A DNA stretch of 64,000 nucleotides from a virus (lineage: Duplodnaviria > Caudoviricetes): IMG/VR virus record IMGVR_UViG_3300028603_000017, positions 64,001 to 128,000 of that record; one strand, written 5' to 3'. Below the pieces are notes generated by a model that made no database searches, was not told where the DNA came from, and was given only the letters and a program-made list of their open reading frames with translations. Below are positions 1 through 8,707 of the stretch, in pieces. How positions within the stretch are numbered: the stretch's first letter is position 1; the number at the start of each line of letters is the position of its first letter. The translations under genes were made by a program, and so were the position numbers.

Positions 1-1
1 G

Positions 2-1093
2 TTTTCTGTAGATGAAATAGGTAAAGGTCTAGAAGGTATTGCTGACCTAATTGGTCTATCCAATAAGCTCCAAAACAAAGAAGGTTGTGGTGTTGCTATT
101 GAGAGCTATAGTGATATGGCCAATATTGCTTATGCTTCTATTCTAAAGCGTATTGGTTTAGAAGACGGTGAAATCTTTGACAAAGATGATCCTACTGGTA
201 AAGATGCTAAAGATATTACTCCTAAGCCTAGTGGTAAGATCAAGCAAATGGTAGAAAAGATCATTGAGATCGTTAAGCGTATTTGGGAAAAAGCTAAAGA
301 ATATTTTAAGAAAGCTTTTGACTATGTCAGCAATAGAATCAATAAAACGATTAAGTATTTAGAAGATCTTAATGATTCTGCAAAGATTGCTGTTTTAAAA
401 GCTGCTAGTATTCCCAATATTGAGATTGAGAATCCTGCTTTCTTTACTGATAAGAAATTAATTACAGTCGGTGATGTATTTGAATCGACATACCTAAGTG
501 ATTATGGTAAGAATTCAGATAAAATTGGTAAACATTTTGAAGCTTATGCATTTGCCAAATCTGTGTACACCCCTGATCAAGCTCAAAATCTCTTAAATAG
601 GCTAAGTGGTAAAAGAGAAAAAGACGGACTTTATGTTACTCCGGAAGGTTATATTCATATTGAAGAACCATCCGGAGACGATGGTGTAACTAAAATTAGT
701 TTCTCAAAAAACAAAGAAGAGCAGCCAGTAGCTAAACAAACTCTTGGAATGATTGCTAAATTTCCAGCATCTATTGATATTACATTAGATATCTTTAACT
801 CGATTCGTAAACGTTATAATGATTTTTATAAAGAAGCTGAGAGAAAAATAAATGAAGAAATTCCTGACTATTTAGCTCTTCTTCAAAGCAATATTAAGAA
901 TTCTAAAAATGAAGAGGATGCACAAAGATCTATAGACGTAGCTAGACGTATTAAACAAAACTTAACTTATCTAACGTCTATCAGAAATATGCATAACTCT
1001 TATACAGGTGATTTGGTATTCATGATTAACTACTATGTTAGTTTTATTAAAAAAGCTGCGGATGTTAATCAAGCCAAAAAAGCCACAGCTTAA
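2..1093 (+). CDS. Internal head (inner body/ejection) protein, phiKZ-type; 5' end lies outside the window
   Basis: The frame is open from base 2 (FSVDEIGKGLEGIADL...VAIESYSDMANIA), so Met at 116 is internal. It has several [S/A/G]-x-E prohead-protease-type motifs (GLE, AIE, GLE) followed by an amphipathic helix (KIIEIVKRIWEKAKEYF), as in phiKZ-like internal head paralogs. Confidence 0.65.
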   Translation, partial: FSVDEIGKGLEGIADLIGLSNKLQNKEGCGVAIESYSDMANIAYASILKRIGLEDGEIFDKDDPTGKDAKDITPKPSGKIKQMVEKIIEIVKRIWEKAKEYFKKAFDYVSNRINKTIKYLEDLNDSAKIAVLKAASIPNIEIENPAFFTDKKLITVGDVFESTYLSDYGKNSDKIGKHFEAYAFAKSVYTPDQAQNLLNRLSGKREKDGLYVTPEGYIHIEEPSGDDGVTKISFSKNKEEQPVAKQTLGMIAKFPASIDITLDIFNSIRKRYNDFYKEAERKINEEIPDYLALLQSNIKNSKNEEDAQRSIDVARRIKQNLTYLTSIRNMHNSYTGDLVFMINYYVSFIKKAADVNQAKKATA

Positions 1094-1101
1094 TTAACAC
1101 G

Positions 1102-1142
1102 ACATACACTCCAGGCAGATTAAACCTGCCTGGAGTGTATGT
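1102..1142. terminator. CATA...TATG palindrome 1 (17-bp stem, 7-nt loop), convergent junction
   Basis: ACATACACTCCAGGCAG-attaaac-CTGCCTGGAGTGTATGT between gene ends 1093 (+) and 1146 (-). Hairpin seen directly; terminator role inferred. Confidence 0.7.
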
Positions 1143-1145
1143 TGC

Positions 1146-2303
1146 TTAATTTTTATCTAACATCTTTATCAGAACATTAAAATTTCTTTCTTCATATTTA
1201 ACAGTATGATGATCTTCTACCCAAGAGCCTATATTGAAAAAGAAATCATCTATTCCATAAAGATGTTCTGGAACACCTTCACTAAACTGAAAAATTACAT
1301 CATCAATGTCGTCTATGAGATTATCATAGATGTCTGTAGACTTTTTCATGATTGCAGAACCACGTCTTGGATCTACAGTATCGATCATATCCTTAATACT
1401 AATAAGGACATTGACTATATCGATATTTACCTCAATGTGTTTAATTAGGTTTTGTTTAGAAACAGTTAAATCTTTAGTATTTAATGGACTCTCTACATCA
1501 AACCACACCTCTAAGATGGGTGAACAATTGAAATCTAAATATTGAGTTAAATTCTTAGTTAGTTTACCATAATCTGTTTCACCCACTAGTGATGAATCAA
1601 AAGTAGTAATACTAAATACTTTATTTCTATCTACTAGTTTGTACGATTCAATAGAGTTATTGTTGTTTTTTTCTTTAGTTTTAGTTAGATTTGGTTGTGA
1701 TAATAAATTTTCTTTAATTCTAAAAAAACTTAGAATAAGATCTGCTGTTTGTTTATGTAATTTTTTATCAGCTTCTTTTTCTTCAACAAAATCAGTATTA
1801 ATTATCTTCTGACCTAATTTATGAACAGAATCTAAAAATTTAGGAACTTTCTTGTAATATTGTTCTATTGATTTTAAAGAATTAAGTAAGATATTCAAAC
1901 TATAGGTATAATCTTTAATATCAGTCAAATGATCAGGTATTGTTAATTTTAATTCTAAATCATTTTCTTTAATTTGTTTGACTTGTTGTAGAGTCTCAGA
2001 GAATTCCTTACTAAGACTTTTTAAAGTATCGTATTGATTTTCATGCTCTTTAATTTGTTTGATTTGTTCTAGAGTCTCAGAGAATTCCTTACTATGATTA
2101 TTTGTTTTTGTAGGAACAGACTCAACATGTTCTTTACTTGTATTCTTTGACTTAAACATATCAAAGAAACCTTCTTTGGATATTCCGTGCTTTATTTTAC
2201 GCTTTATTTTATTTATTCGCTTCTGATCAATGCGAATATCTGCAGCTTCGTTATTTATTTCTTCTAACGCTTGCGCTAGCGTGATTCTGGTACGAGTATT
2301 CAT
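1146..2303 (-). CDS. Putative internal head protein (385 aa)
   Basis: Basic N-terminus with ALE and SKE motifs followed by GFFDMF, a pattern typical of processed phiKZ-like head proteins. Adjacent to another head paralog. Confidence 0.5.
   Translation of the reverse strand: MNTRTRITLAQALEEINNEAADIRIDQKRINKIKRKIKHGISKEGFFDMFKSKNTSKEHVESVPTKTNNHSKEFSETLEQIKQIKEHENQYDTLKSLSKEFSETLQQVKQIKENDLELKLTIPDHLTDIKDYTYSLNILLNSLKSIEQYYKKVPKFLDSVHKLGQKIINTDFVEEKEADKKLHKQTADLILSFFRIKENLLSQPNLTKTKEKNNNNSIESYKLVDRNKVFSITTFDSSLVGETDYGKLTKNLTQYLDFNCSPILEVWFDVESPLNTKDLTVSKQNLIKHIEVNIDIVNVLISIKDMIDTVDPRRGSAIMKKSTDIYDNLIDDIDDVIFQFSEGVPEHLYGIDDFFFNIGSWVEDHHTVKYEERNFNVLIKMLDKN
1966..2094. repeat. In-frame direct repeat, 48 bp x2 (81-bp period)
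   Basis: 1966-2013 and 2047-2094 differ at 2 positions and encode SKEFSETL(E/Q)Q(I/V)KQIKE twice. Confidence 0.9.
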
Positions 2304-2370
2304 TATTATCTCAAAAAAAAAATATTACTCTATCGTTTTTCGTTAGTGAAAAGTTAGATCATAGTATTCA

Positions 2371-2640
2371 ATGATCTCTATACTTCTCTACCATATCCAC
2401 AGTCTTACCCTTGGTGGAAATACATCAAATACACCGTCTTATAATAATAGAGTCTGTATTGGTGGTCCTAATGCTGCTGTGCAATCTTATATCCCTGCCT
2501 CATTAGCTACTTTAATGATAGGTACCAACAAGGTATCTACAGAAAACGAAATAAATAAACTATTTGGTTATTATGCTCATTATTATGCTTTAACTGATCT
2601 ATTACCTAGCTATCATCCTTATAAAACTACTTCACCATAA
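2371..2640 (+). CDS. Small hypothetical protein (89 aa)
   Basis: Fills an otherwise empty gap, and its stop lies 2 nt before a family palindrome, as for real genes here. No recognisable motif. Confidence 0.35.
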   Translation: MISILLYHIHSLTLGGNTSNTPSYNNRVCIGGPNAAVQSYIPASLATLMIGTNKVSTENEINKLFGYYAHYYALTDLLPSYHPYKTTSP

Positions 2641-2642
2641 CA

Positions 2643-2684
2643 CCATATATTCCTAGGTGGATTAATCCACCTAGGAATATATGG
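2643..2684. terminator. CATA...TATG palindrome 2 (perfect 42-bp palindrome)
   Basis: CCATATATTCCTAGGTGGATT|AATCCACCTAGGAATATATGG, just downstream of the helicase stop. Confidence 0.7.
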
Positions 2685-2694
2685 CATCAGTTAT

Positions 2695-4227
2695 TTAAGT
2701 ACCTTCAAATTCCCAAAAAGGTGTTTCCTCTCCAGAGCCTACTGGTCCACCACCTACTTTCTTACAATGTGTAGGAGGACCGTCTAAATCATCATGAATA
2801 GCACCTACATCGTGAAATGGATATACCAAGTATTTATCCTCATCTTCAATTAAAGTAGGAATACGATGTTTACCACGTTGAATAGTTAAATAACTCTTTC
2901 TATTTTTCTTTTCAATATGAATATAGAGTTCTCCATCGACTTCTTGGTCAATGGTCTTACATTTGTCGTAATAGCCTTTGTTAGCAATTTCTTTAACAAA
3001 ATCACCTCTACCATCACGGATGAGTTGTTTAGCTTCTGTACTCAACTGATGAGGACTGATAAATAAGATTGAGCGAACACTCATAAAGTTACGAATTCTT
3101 CTCCACATGTCTCTAACATCAGATCCCATAGGACCAATACTACAGCCAGTTGTTGGTAGCATAGCTAGATAATCTACCATACATAAGTGAACTTCATATC
3201 CTTGAGATTCTAGCTCAGTAATATAGTTACAGATATGCATGTATGTCCATTGAGTTGGATCTACACGCATCATCTTAATATGGTAACCGTTTACCTCTAG
3301 CTTTTCTCTAACGTATTTAGCCATAGTAGCGATATCGCTACTACCTGTAATACATTTTTCTTTTGTTTCGTTTTCATATAAAGACTGATATAACCATTGT
3401 AGGTTTTTATCTAGATCGTCTTCAAATGAAATTCTAAGTAAAAGAGGCTTCTTACTAGGGTCTTTCATAATTGGTTTATTATACATCGCTATTTGCTTAA
3501 ATAGCGTCATACTAAAACCAGTTTTAAAGTTATGCTGTAAAGCACCAATAACCCAAGACTCTCCTCGCCTAAAACCACCTTGTAATAATTTATTTAGTCC
3601 TTGTAAGCCACTCTTTAGTACTGTTTTACCAGAACTATTTTCATTAACTACTTTAAATACTTCCTGAGTAGAATTCTCATCACCAATATCAATTGATGCT
3701 ACAACGCCTGGATCTTTTGATACAGCAGATACTTGGAATGGTTCTAGGTTAGCAATTAATTCTGATAGCCAAGACTGAACGTTCTTGATTTTATCTCTTT
3801 GGTGTCTGAAAGCATAAGCTGCTTTAGATAAAAATTCATCAACCTTCTGTTCTCGAAAATGGTTGTGAATAGATTTTTGAATATTGACAACAGTTCTTTT
3901 TATACTGGCTTCATTCATCTCAGGCTCAATAGCTGAGACAAAAGCTTCATTTAACTTATCATCATCGACGACATTGAGCTTTAATCTATTTAATAGCTCA
4001 GTCTTTTCATATTCATGATCAGGAGGATTCTCACACATCTCTAAAGCTGTTTGCTTTAGAGCGTAAAGAATATCTCTTTCTCTATTAAGAGATAAATTGA
4101 GTTCTGGTAGTCTGATATTTTCTAATACCGTGCGCACTAAGTCAGCACTATTAGAGTTTTTATTAGGAAGTAAACTCTCTCTATATAGGAGAGTAATTGA
4201 CTTTACTAGAAGAAGTTTGTTATCCAT
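2695..4227 (-). CDS. dnaB: DnaB-like (SF4) replicative helicase, phiKZ gp118-like
   Basis: LNKLLQGGFRRGE, variant Walker A GALQHNFKT, Walker B CMVDYL, SPHQLS and RGKHR motifs. Divergent from the capsid operon as in phiKZ-like phages. Confidence 0.9.
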   Translation of the reverse strand: MDNKLLLVKSITLLYRESLLPNKNSNSADLVRTVLENIRLPELNLSLNRERDILYALKQTALEMCENPPDHEYEKTELLNRLKLNVVDDDKLNEAFVSAIEPEMNEASIKRTVVNIQKSIHNHFREQKVDEFLSKAAYAFRHQRDKIKNVQSWLSELIANLEPFQVSAVSKDPGVVASIDIGDENSTQEVFKVVNENSSGKTVLKSGLQGLNKLLQGGFRRGESWVIGALQHNFKTGFSMTLFKQIAMYNKPIMKDPSKKPLLLRISFEDDLDKNLQWLYQSLYENETKEKCITGSSDIATMAKYVREKLEVNGYHIKMMRVDPTQWTYMHICNYITELESQGYEVHLCMVDYLAMLPTTGCSIGPMGSDVRDMWRRIRNFMSVRSILFISPHQLSTEAKQLIRDGRGDFVKEIANKGYYDKCKTIDQEVDGELYIHIEKKNRKSYLTIQRGKHRIPTLIEDEDKYLVYPFHDVGAIHDDLDGPPTHCKKVGGGPVGSGEETPFWEFEGT

Positions 4228-4312
4228 TAGCTTAAATCTAATCGTTTTTAATTTGTTTAACTACCTATGAGGTGCAAAGGATTATTGTAGATATTAAAAA
4301 ATTATTATTCAA

Positions 4313-4345
4313 TAGTATGATAAAATTTTACAATTAGTATGATAA
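4313..4345 (+). promoter_or_regulatory. Tandem TAGTATGATAA repeat, candidate late promoter(s) of the capsid operon
   Basis: Identical 11-mers at 4313-4323 and 4335-4345, each containing TATG (phiKZ late promoter core), in an AT-rich divergent intergenic region. Confidence 0.45.
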
Positions 4346-4361
4346 CTAATATCTCACAGAG

Positions 4362-4976
4362 GTGTGTGTGAACAACAACATTATTTTCGTTCCATATTGG
4401 ATTGAGAAAGCTCTTAGCAGGAATCAACATACCCTAAGAGATATCATTGATTATTCTGTTTTGAGAAGGTATATTTCTCAAAACGACTTATCTGGATTAC
4501 TTGGTTTTCAACAAGTACCAGAAATCAGCAAGTTAACTAGTGGCAATTCCTATAACAAAAAGGATGCTGCCATTAGTGAAGCTGTTGGTTCACATTCTCT
4601 GCTTAGCAGATGGGAAGAAAGCGCAGGACAGCGCTATAAGGAAGAACTGGATTCAACCGTTGTCCCAATGTCATATAGCTTAGAGAAAGAAACGCTGGAG
4701 AGATTAAAATCTAATCTTGATAGCGCCGATATCACGGGACCTACTTTTAAGGTTATTGATATTGATAAGAATAGCATGGTGGTTGTTTTATATGAGGGTT
4801 TTCTTGAGGAAATTAAAAAGCCTGAAGTAAAATACTCTTTGGTAAAGCAGCTTTTGGTGTTATCTTATGTATACTGCAAAGTCGAACAAGTCGCTAAGAC
4901 ACCTTTATTTAGCACTTATGTCGATTTACTCCAGCTATCTACGGCAGGAGCTAGTGCAGTTGCGACAGTAGAATAA
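4362..4976 (+). CDS. Conserved virion-associated protein between helicase and major capsid gene (phiKZ gp119 position)
   Basis: 204-aa ORF with GTG start; assigned by gene order only. Confidence 0.5.
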   Translation: MCVNNNIIFVPYWIEKALSRNQHTLRDIIDYSVLRRYISQNDLSGLLGFQQVPEISKLTSGNSYNKKDAAISEAVGSHSLLSRWEESAGQRYKEELDSTVVPMSYSLEKETLERLKSNLDSADITGPTFKVIDIDKNSMVVVLYEGFLEEIKKPEVKYSLVKQLLVLSYVYCKVEQVAKTPLFSTYVDLLQLSTAGASAVATVE

Positions 4977-5041
4977 AAACTCTCAGCTGAGTATTTTTTA
5001 AAAACTATCTTTCTTCTTATTCTCCTTAAGGAAAATATAAA

Positions 5042-7210
5042 ATGCTATTTAACAAAAAGATTAAGGCCGGTGGTCGTCGCTTTGGCCTAGAGGGCATCGT
5101 TACCCAACTGCGTGAACAGCTGGCTGGTCGTGCTCCTGACCGCAAGCTCACCAAGATTGCTCTGGCTACCGAATCCGTTAGCGAGTCAGACGTTAACATG
5201 CTCAATACTGCTGTGGAAGACCTCAAGGTTATTCTGCAAGGTATTGCCAAGGAAAACGTGGAAGAGTTCGGCGCTACTGAAACCGGTGAAGCTGACGTTT
5301 CTGATGCACAGCTCGAAGCTGCTCAAGCTGCTGCTGTGATGGCTGAGGATCCTGAAGCTGTGATGGCTCAGCAATCTGTGGCTGTTCCTGCTAGCAACGA
5401 GTACAACGAAGTCGTGGCTGTTGAGTCTATCGTTTCTGACGGCTTTAGCAAGCGTGCTTTCGCTAAGGAAGCTTATGACGAATCCGCTAACCGCAACGCT
5501 GCTAGCTACTCGGTTGTTTACAACCTGAAGGCTGCTCGTCAAGATGAATTTGGTGAGGCTCTGTTCCCCACCGTGACCGTAACACCCGACAACGTCGGTT
5601 TTGCTGTCTCTATTCGTCTGGTTCAAGTGTATGATGACTTCAAACGTTCCATCACTGGCAACATCGACAAGTACAACATGGTTAACATCGTGCGTGGTTT
5701 CGCCGATCCTACCGTGCTGAAAAACGAACTGACCCGTGCTGTGCCTGTGTATCGCACTGAGTCCGCTCAACACTTCTACAGTGAAGTGCCTGCCGCTGCT
5801 GTGGTGGTTGAAGACGGTGGTGAGAGTGTAAATACTGCTCCTCTAAAGTTTAACAACAACTTCTCGCTGATTGCTCTGTCGCAAACTGACGCTCTGCTGG
5901 CTAACGGTACGATGGATCCTTCTGACTCTATCGATCCGGGTGGTCTGCGTCTGCGTAACGTGTACGCCAAGATTGGTGATAACGTACTTAAGTTCGTCAC
6001 TAAGGATCTGCCCCTGGCAGTATTCCATGCGGCTCCTCAAGGCGTCCATCGCTTGATGAACCTGAACTTCACCACCGATACCATCATGATCAACAAGGAC
6101 ACCACCCGTTACAACGGTGCTGCTCTGGATGGTGCGCTGGCTGGTGTGGTCTCTGGTGATTATATCGTACGCGTAGCTATCAGCGTGACTGGTAACATTG
6201 ATGTCCAAAAGGGTGATACTCATCTGATGGCTAGCGGCATCCGTGTGGTTCAAGTGCAAGACGAAGACGGTGTGGTTGTTGACCATACTGTTGCTGGTGC
6301 TGCTAAGACCCTGGCTGACGCTATCGAAGGTGGTACTCTGGGTGGTTTTGACCTGATTGCATATCGCGCTAACGCTAACCGTCGTCAGCGTGGTCAGCTG
6401 CTGGACATCCAGTACTTCAACCAACTGTACACCGTGCCTTTCCGTTCACCCATTACTGCTCTGAAGCCTGTCAACTCTGACTCTTCTAGCGAAGCTGGTG
6501 ATCTGGCTGGTCTGATCAGTGCTACCCAAATCCGTACCTCTAACGCTGCTGTGACCCAGCTGCTCGATACTGCGGATACCCTCAAGCGCTTTGTTGATAG
6601 TCGTGAAACCACCCGTGGTCCTGCTATCCTGGGCGTGGCTCGTTACCTGGTCAAGGCTGCTTACCTGGAAGACACGGTGGACGCTGTGGCTGATCTGGAC
6701 TCTCTGACCGCTACCCAACGCGCTCAAGACTTGCAAGCTCTGCTGGTCAACAAAGTGCGTGACATGGCTTTCAGCCTGTGGCGTGATTCCGAGTACCAAG
6801 CTATGGCTACTGTGATGAAGGGTGGCGCTGCTGATACGCCTACCGTAATTATCGCTACCGATCCTGTACTGGCTCGCTACCTGCAAATCGATGGTGATCT
6901 GCGCACTGCTGGTGCTAAGTTTGAAGTTCGTCTGGTGTCCACTCTGGACAACCGTATGAAGGGCAAGATCGCCGTTACCTTCGGTGACTTTACCAACACC
7001 AACGAACCCAATCCTCTGCACTTCGGTAACATGGCGTGGAAGCCTGAGCTGACCCTGAATCTGCCTATCTCTCGTGGTGGTCAGATCTCCAAGGAACTGA
7101 CTGTTCAGCCTGCGTTCCTGCACATCACCAACCTGCCTATCCTGGGTATGATTGAGGTGAGCAACGTGAGCGAAGTCATTGCTTCTAAGGTCGACGTTAA
7201 CGTTGGTTAA
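5042..7210 (+). CDS. Major capsid protein precursor, phiKZ gp120-like
   Basis: 722 aa with an AAGGA RBS. Acidic propeptide with repeated A/S/G-x-E sites ending at AKE|AYDE (residue 143). Family motifs ARQDEFGEALFPTV, NANRRQRGQLLD and LTVQPAFLHITNLP. Strong high-expression codon bias. Confidence 0.92.
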   Translation: MLFNKKIKAGGRRFGLEGIVTQLREQLAGRAPDRKLTKIALATESVSESDVNMLNTAVEDLKVILQGIAKENVEEFGATETGEADVSDAQLEAAQAAAVMAEDPEAVMAQQSVAVPASNEYNEVVAVESIVSDGFSKRAFAKEAYDESANRNAASYSVVYNLKAARQDEFGEALFPTVTVTPDNVGFAVSIRLVQVYDDFKRSITGNIDKYNMVNIVRGFADPTVLKNELTRAVPVYRTESAQHFYSEVPAAAVVVEDGGESVNTAPLKFNNNFSLIALSQTDALLANGTMDPSDSIDPGGLRLRNVYAKIGDNVLKFVTKDLPLAVFHAAPQGVHRLMNLNFTTDTIMINKDTTRYNGAALDGALAGVVSGDYIVRVAISVTGNIDVQKGDTHLMASGIRVVQVQDEDGVVVDHTVAGAAKTLADAIEGGTLGGFDLIAYRANANRRQRGQLLDIQYFNQLYTVPFRSPITALKPVNSDSSSEAGDLAGLISATQIRTSNAAVTQLLDTADTLKRFVDSRETTRGPAILGVARYLVKAAYLEDTVDAVADLDSLTATQRAQDLQALLVNKVRDMAFSLWRDSEYQAMATVMKGGAADTPTVIIATDPVLARYLQIDGDLRTAGAKFEVRLVSTLDNRMKGKIAVTFGDFTNTNEPNPLHFGNMAWKPELTLNLPISRGGQISKELTVQPAFLHITNLPILGMIEVSNVSEVIASKVDVNVG

Positions 7211-7243
7211 TTGAGCCTTAACAAAGCTTAATGTAAATTAAGT

Positions 7244-7279
7244 CATACTGCCAGGAGCTTATAGCTCCTGGCAGTTATG
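7244..7279. terminator. CATA...TATG palindrome 3, downstream of the capsid gene
   Basis: CATA-CTGCCAGGAGCT-tat-AGCTCCTGGCAG-t-TATG. Confidence 0.7.
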
Positions 7280-7323
7280 TCGCTGTACTGGTTTTCATGA
7301 GTTGTCCTAAATTATCTTGGTTA

Positions 7324-7360
7324 TATATTATTCTACTGGAGTCAATCAGAAATGATTGAC
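7324..7360 (+). promoter_or_regulatory. Candidate early promoter (TATATTAT) followed by a GAAA-tetraloop 5' hairpin
   Basis: TATATTAT at 7324-7331 resembles the phiKZ early consensus TATATTAC. GTCAATCA-GAAA-TGATTGAC lies at 7341-7360. Upstream of the operon with the non-virion RNAP subunit. Confidence 0.45.
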
Positions 7361-7445
7361 AAAACAATAAATAATCTCATCTCTTGGAAGGAACTTCATT
7401 AATGAATTCTGGAGAAGAAGATGGTTTAGACAGTATTTAATAACA

Positions 7446-8693
7446 ATGATTGTCAAAACCATTTATACAGCATCAGTAATTAAGCCAGCTTCTGGCCACC
7501 AACTAAATAAAGCTACAGCAATCGCTACTCGCGGTCCTGCTAGCGAAAGAATTACGTACCATAACTTCATGTCACGTCCTATTACGGTTGTGAGTAGAAA
7601 TGGTTTCAGACAATCTATACCTCCTACAACACCTCCTGACTTTAGTCAAAACGATTTTGTCATTAGGTATGAGGTAGATATTGATTACGCTATAACGGAT
7701 GAGTTTCTTCAGTATTTAATCAATGCTGATCGTGGAAACAATGATGAGATCTCTATGGCTAGACAAGACTATTATAAGTCAGTGTCTCGCAGTATAGATG
7801 GTCGGACACTGGTTTTTGAGACTCGATATACTCTTGAGGACTTTACAAAGATAAATACATGTCTTTATTGTTCTAAAAGAGATAAAGTTATATCAACTAA
7901 AAACATTTATGAAGCCAGTCCTCACCCCTTTGATCCAAACAATGTGGATGAGGTTACGGTTAGCTTTATTGATGATAAAATACAATACGATAGCGAAATT
8001 GATTATCTAACAATTATTGATAACGATAACACTATTGGTGATAAATGGGAAGTTGTTCGTGGAAAGATACGCAAGATAAAAGCGCATACTAACTATGAAA
8101 AGACTTCAGGTATATATCATCACCATGTCGTTAAAGATCTTGTTCGTAGTGAAAAAGGCTTTAGAGTACAAATAGATCACTATACGTTAGATAAAGCTGT
8201 TGAGCTATTTCAGTTGCACAACTCATACGAAGCTGCTCAATTGGTTAACGATAAACATACTCATGAGTCTGATTTAAAGCTCAAGAATATGGAAATCGAG
8301 AAAATGAAAGCTGAGTATCAATCTAAAGATCTTATTCATAAAAGCATTGTGGATAGGATGGAATTAGAAAATAAGTTAATTCAAGACGAGTTGGATAAAC
8401 GTAAAGCGGCTCGTGATGAAGAACTTGAAAACATCAAGCATGAAAATATGAAACTCAAAGATCGTCTAGATCGAGATAAGGCTGTTCGTTCAGACGAAGC
8501 TGATGTTAGGAAGATATTCCGAGACGATCAAGCTCAAGAAAGAAAACACGCTCGTGATGAAGAAACTCATAGATCTAAAACGAAATCAGATTTCTGGATG
8601 AAAAAATTACCAGATTCATTAATGGATATATGTGGAGCTATTAGTGCTATTGCTCTAATTATTGGCTACATATATAAAGCAAAGAACACTTAA
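7446..8693 (+). CDS. Conserved hypothetical protein with coiled coil and C-terminal membrane anchor (phiKZ gp122-like)
   Basis: Charged coiled-coil C-terminal third, ending in ICGAISAIALIIGYIYK. Lies between the capsid and RNAP genes. Confidence 0.6.
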   Translation: MIVKTIYTASVIKPASGHQLNKATAIATRGPASERITYHNFMSRPITVVSRNGFRQSIPPTTPPDFSQNDFVIRYEVDIDYAITDEFLQYLINADRGNNDEISMARQDYYKSVSRSIDGRTLVFETRYTLEDFTKINTCLYCSKRDKVISTKNIYEASPHPFDPNNVDEVTVSFIDDKIQYDSEIDYLTIIDNDNTIGDKWEVVRGKIRKIKAHTNYEKTSGIYHHHVVKDLVRSEKGFRVQIDHYTLDKAVELFQLHNSYEAAQLVNDKHTHESDLKLKNMEIEKMKAEYQSKDLIHKSIVDRMELENKLIQDELDKRKAARDEELENIKHENMKLKDRLDRDKAVRSDEADVRKIFRDDQAQERKHARDEETHRSKTKSDFWMKKLPDSLMDICGAISAIALIIGYIYKAKNT

Positions 8694-8707
8694 CTTTAGG
8701 AAACAAA

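Noticed and set aside
5026-7123. Several long antisense and alternative-frame ORFs within the capsid gene
   Set aside because: Expected by-product of strong codon bias; no RBS or protein motifs.
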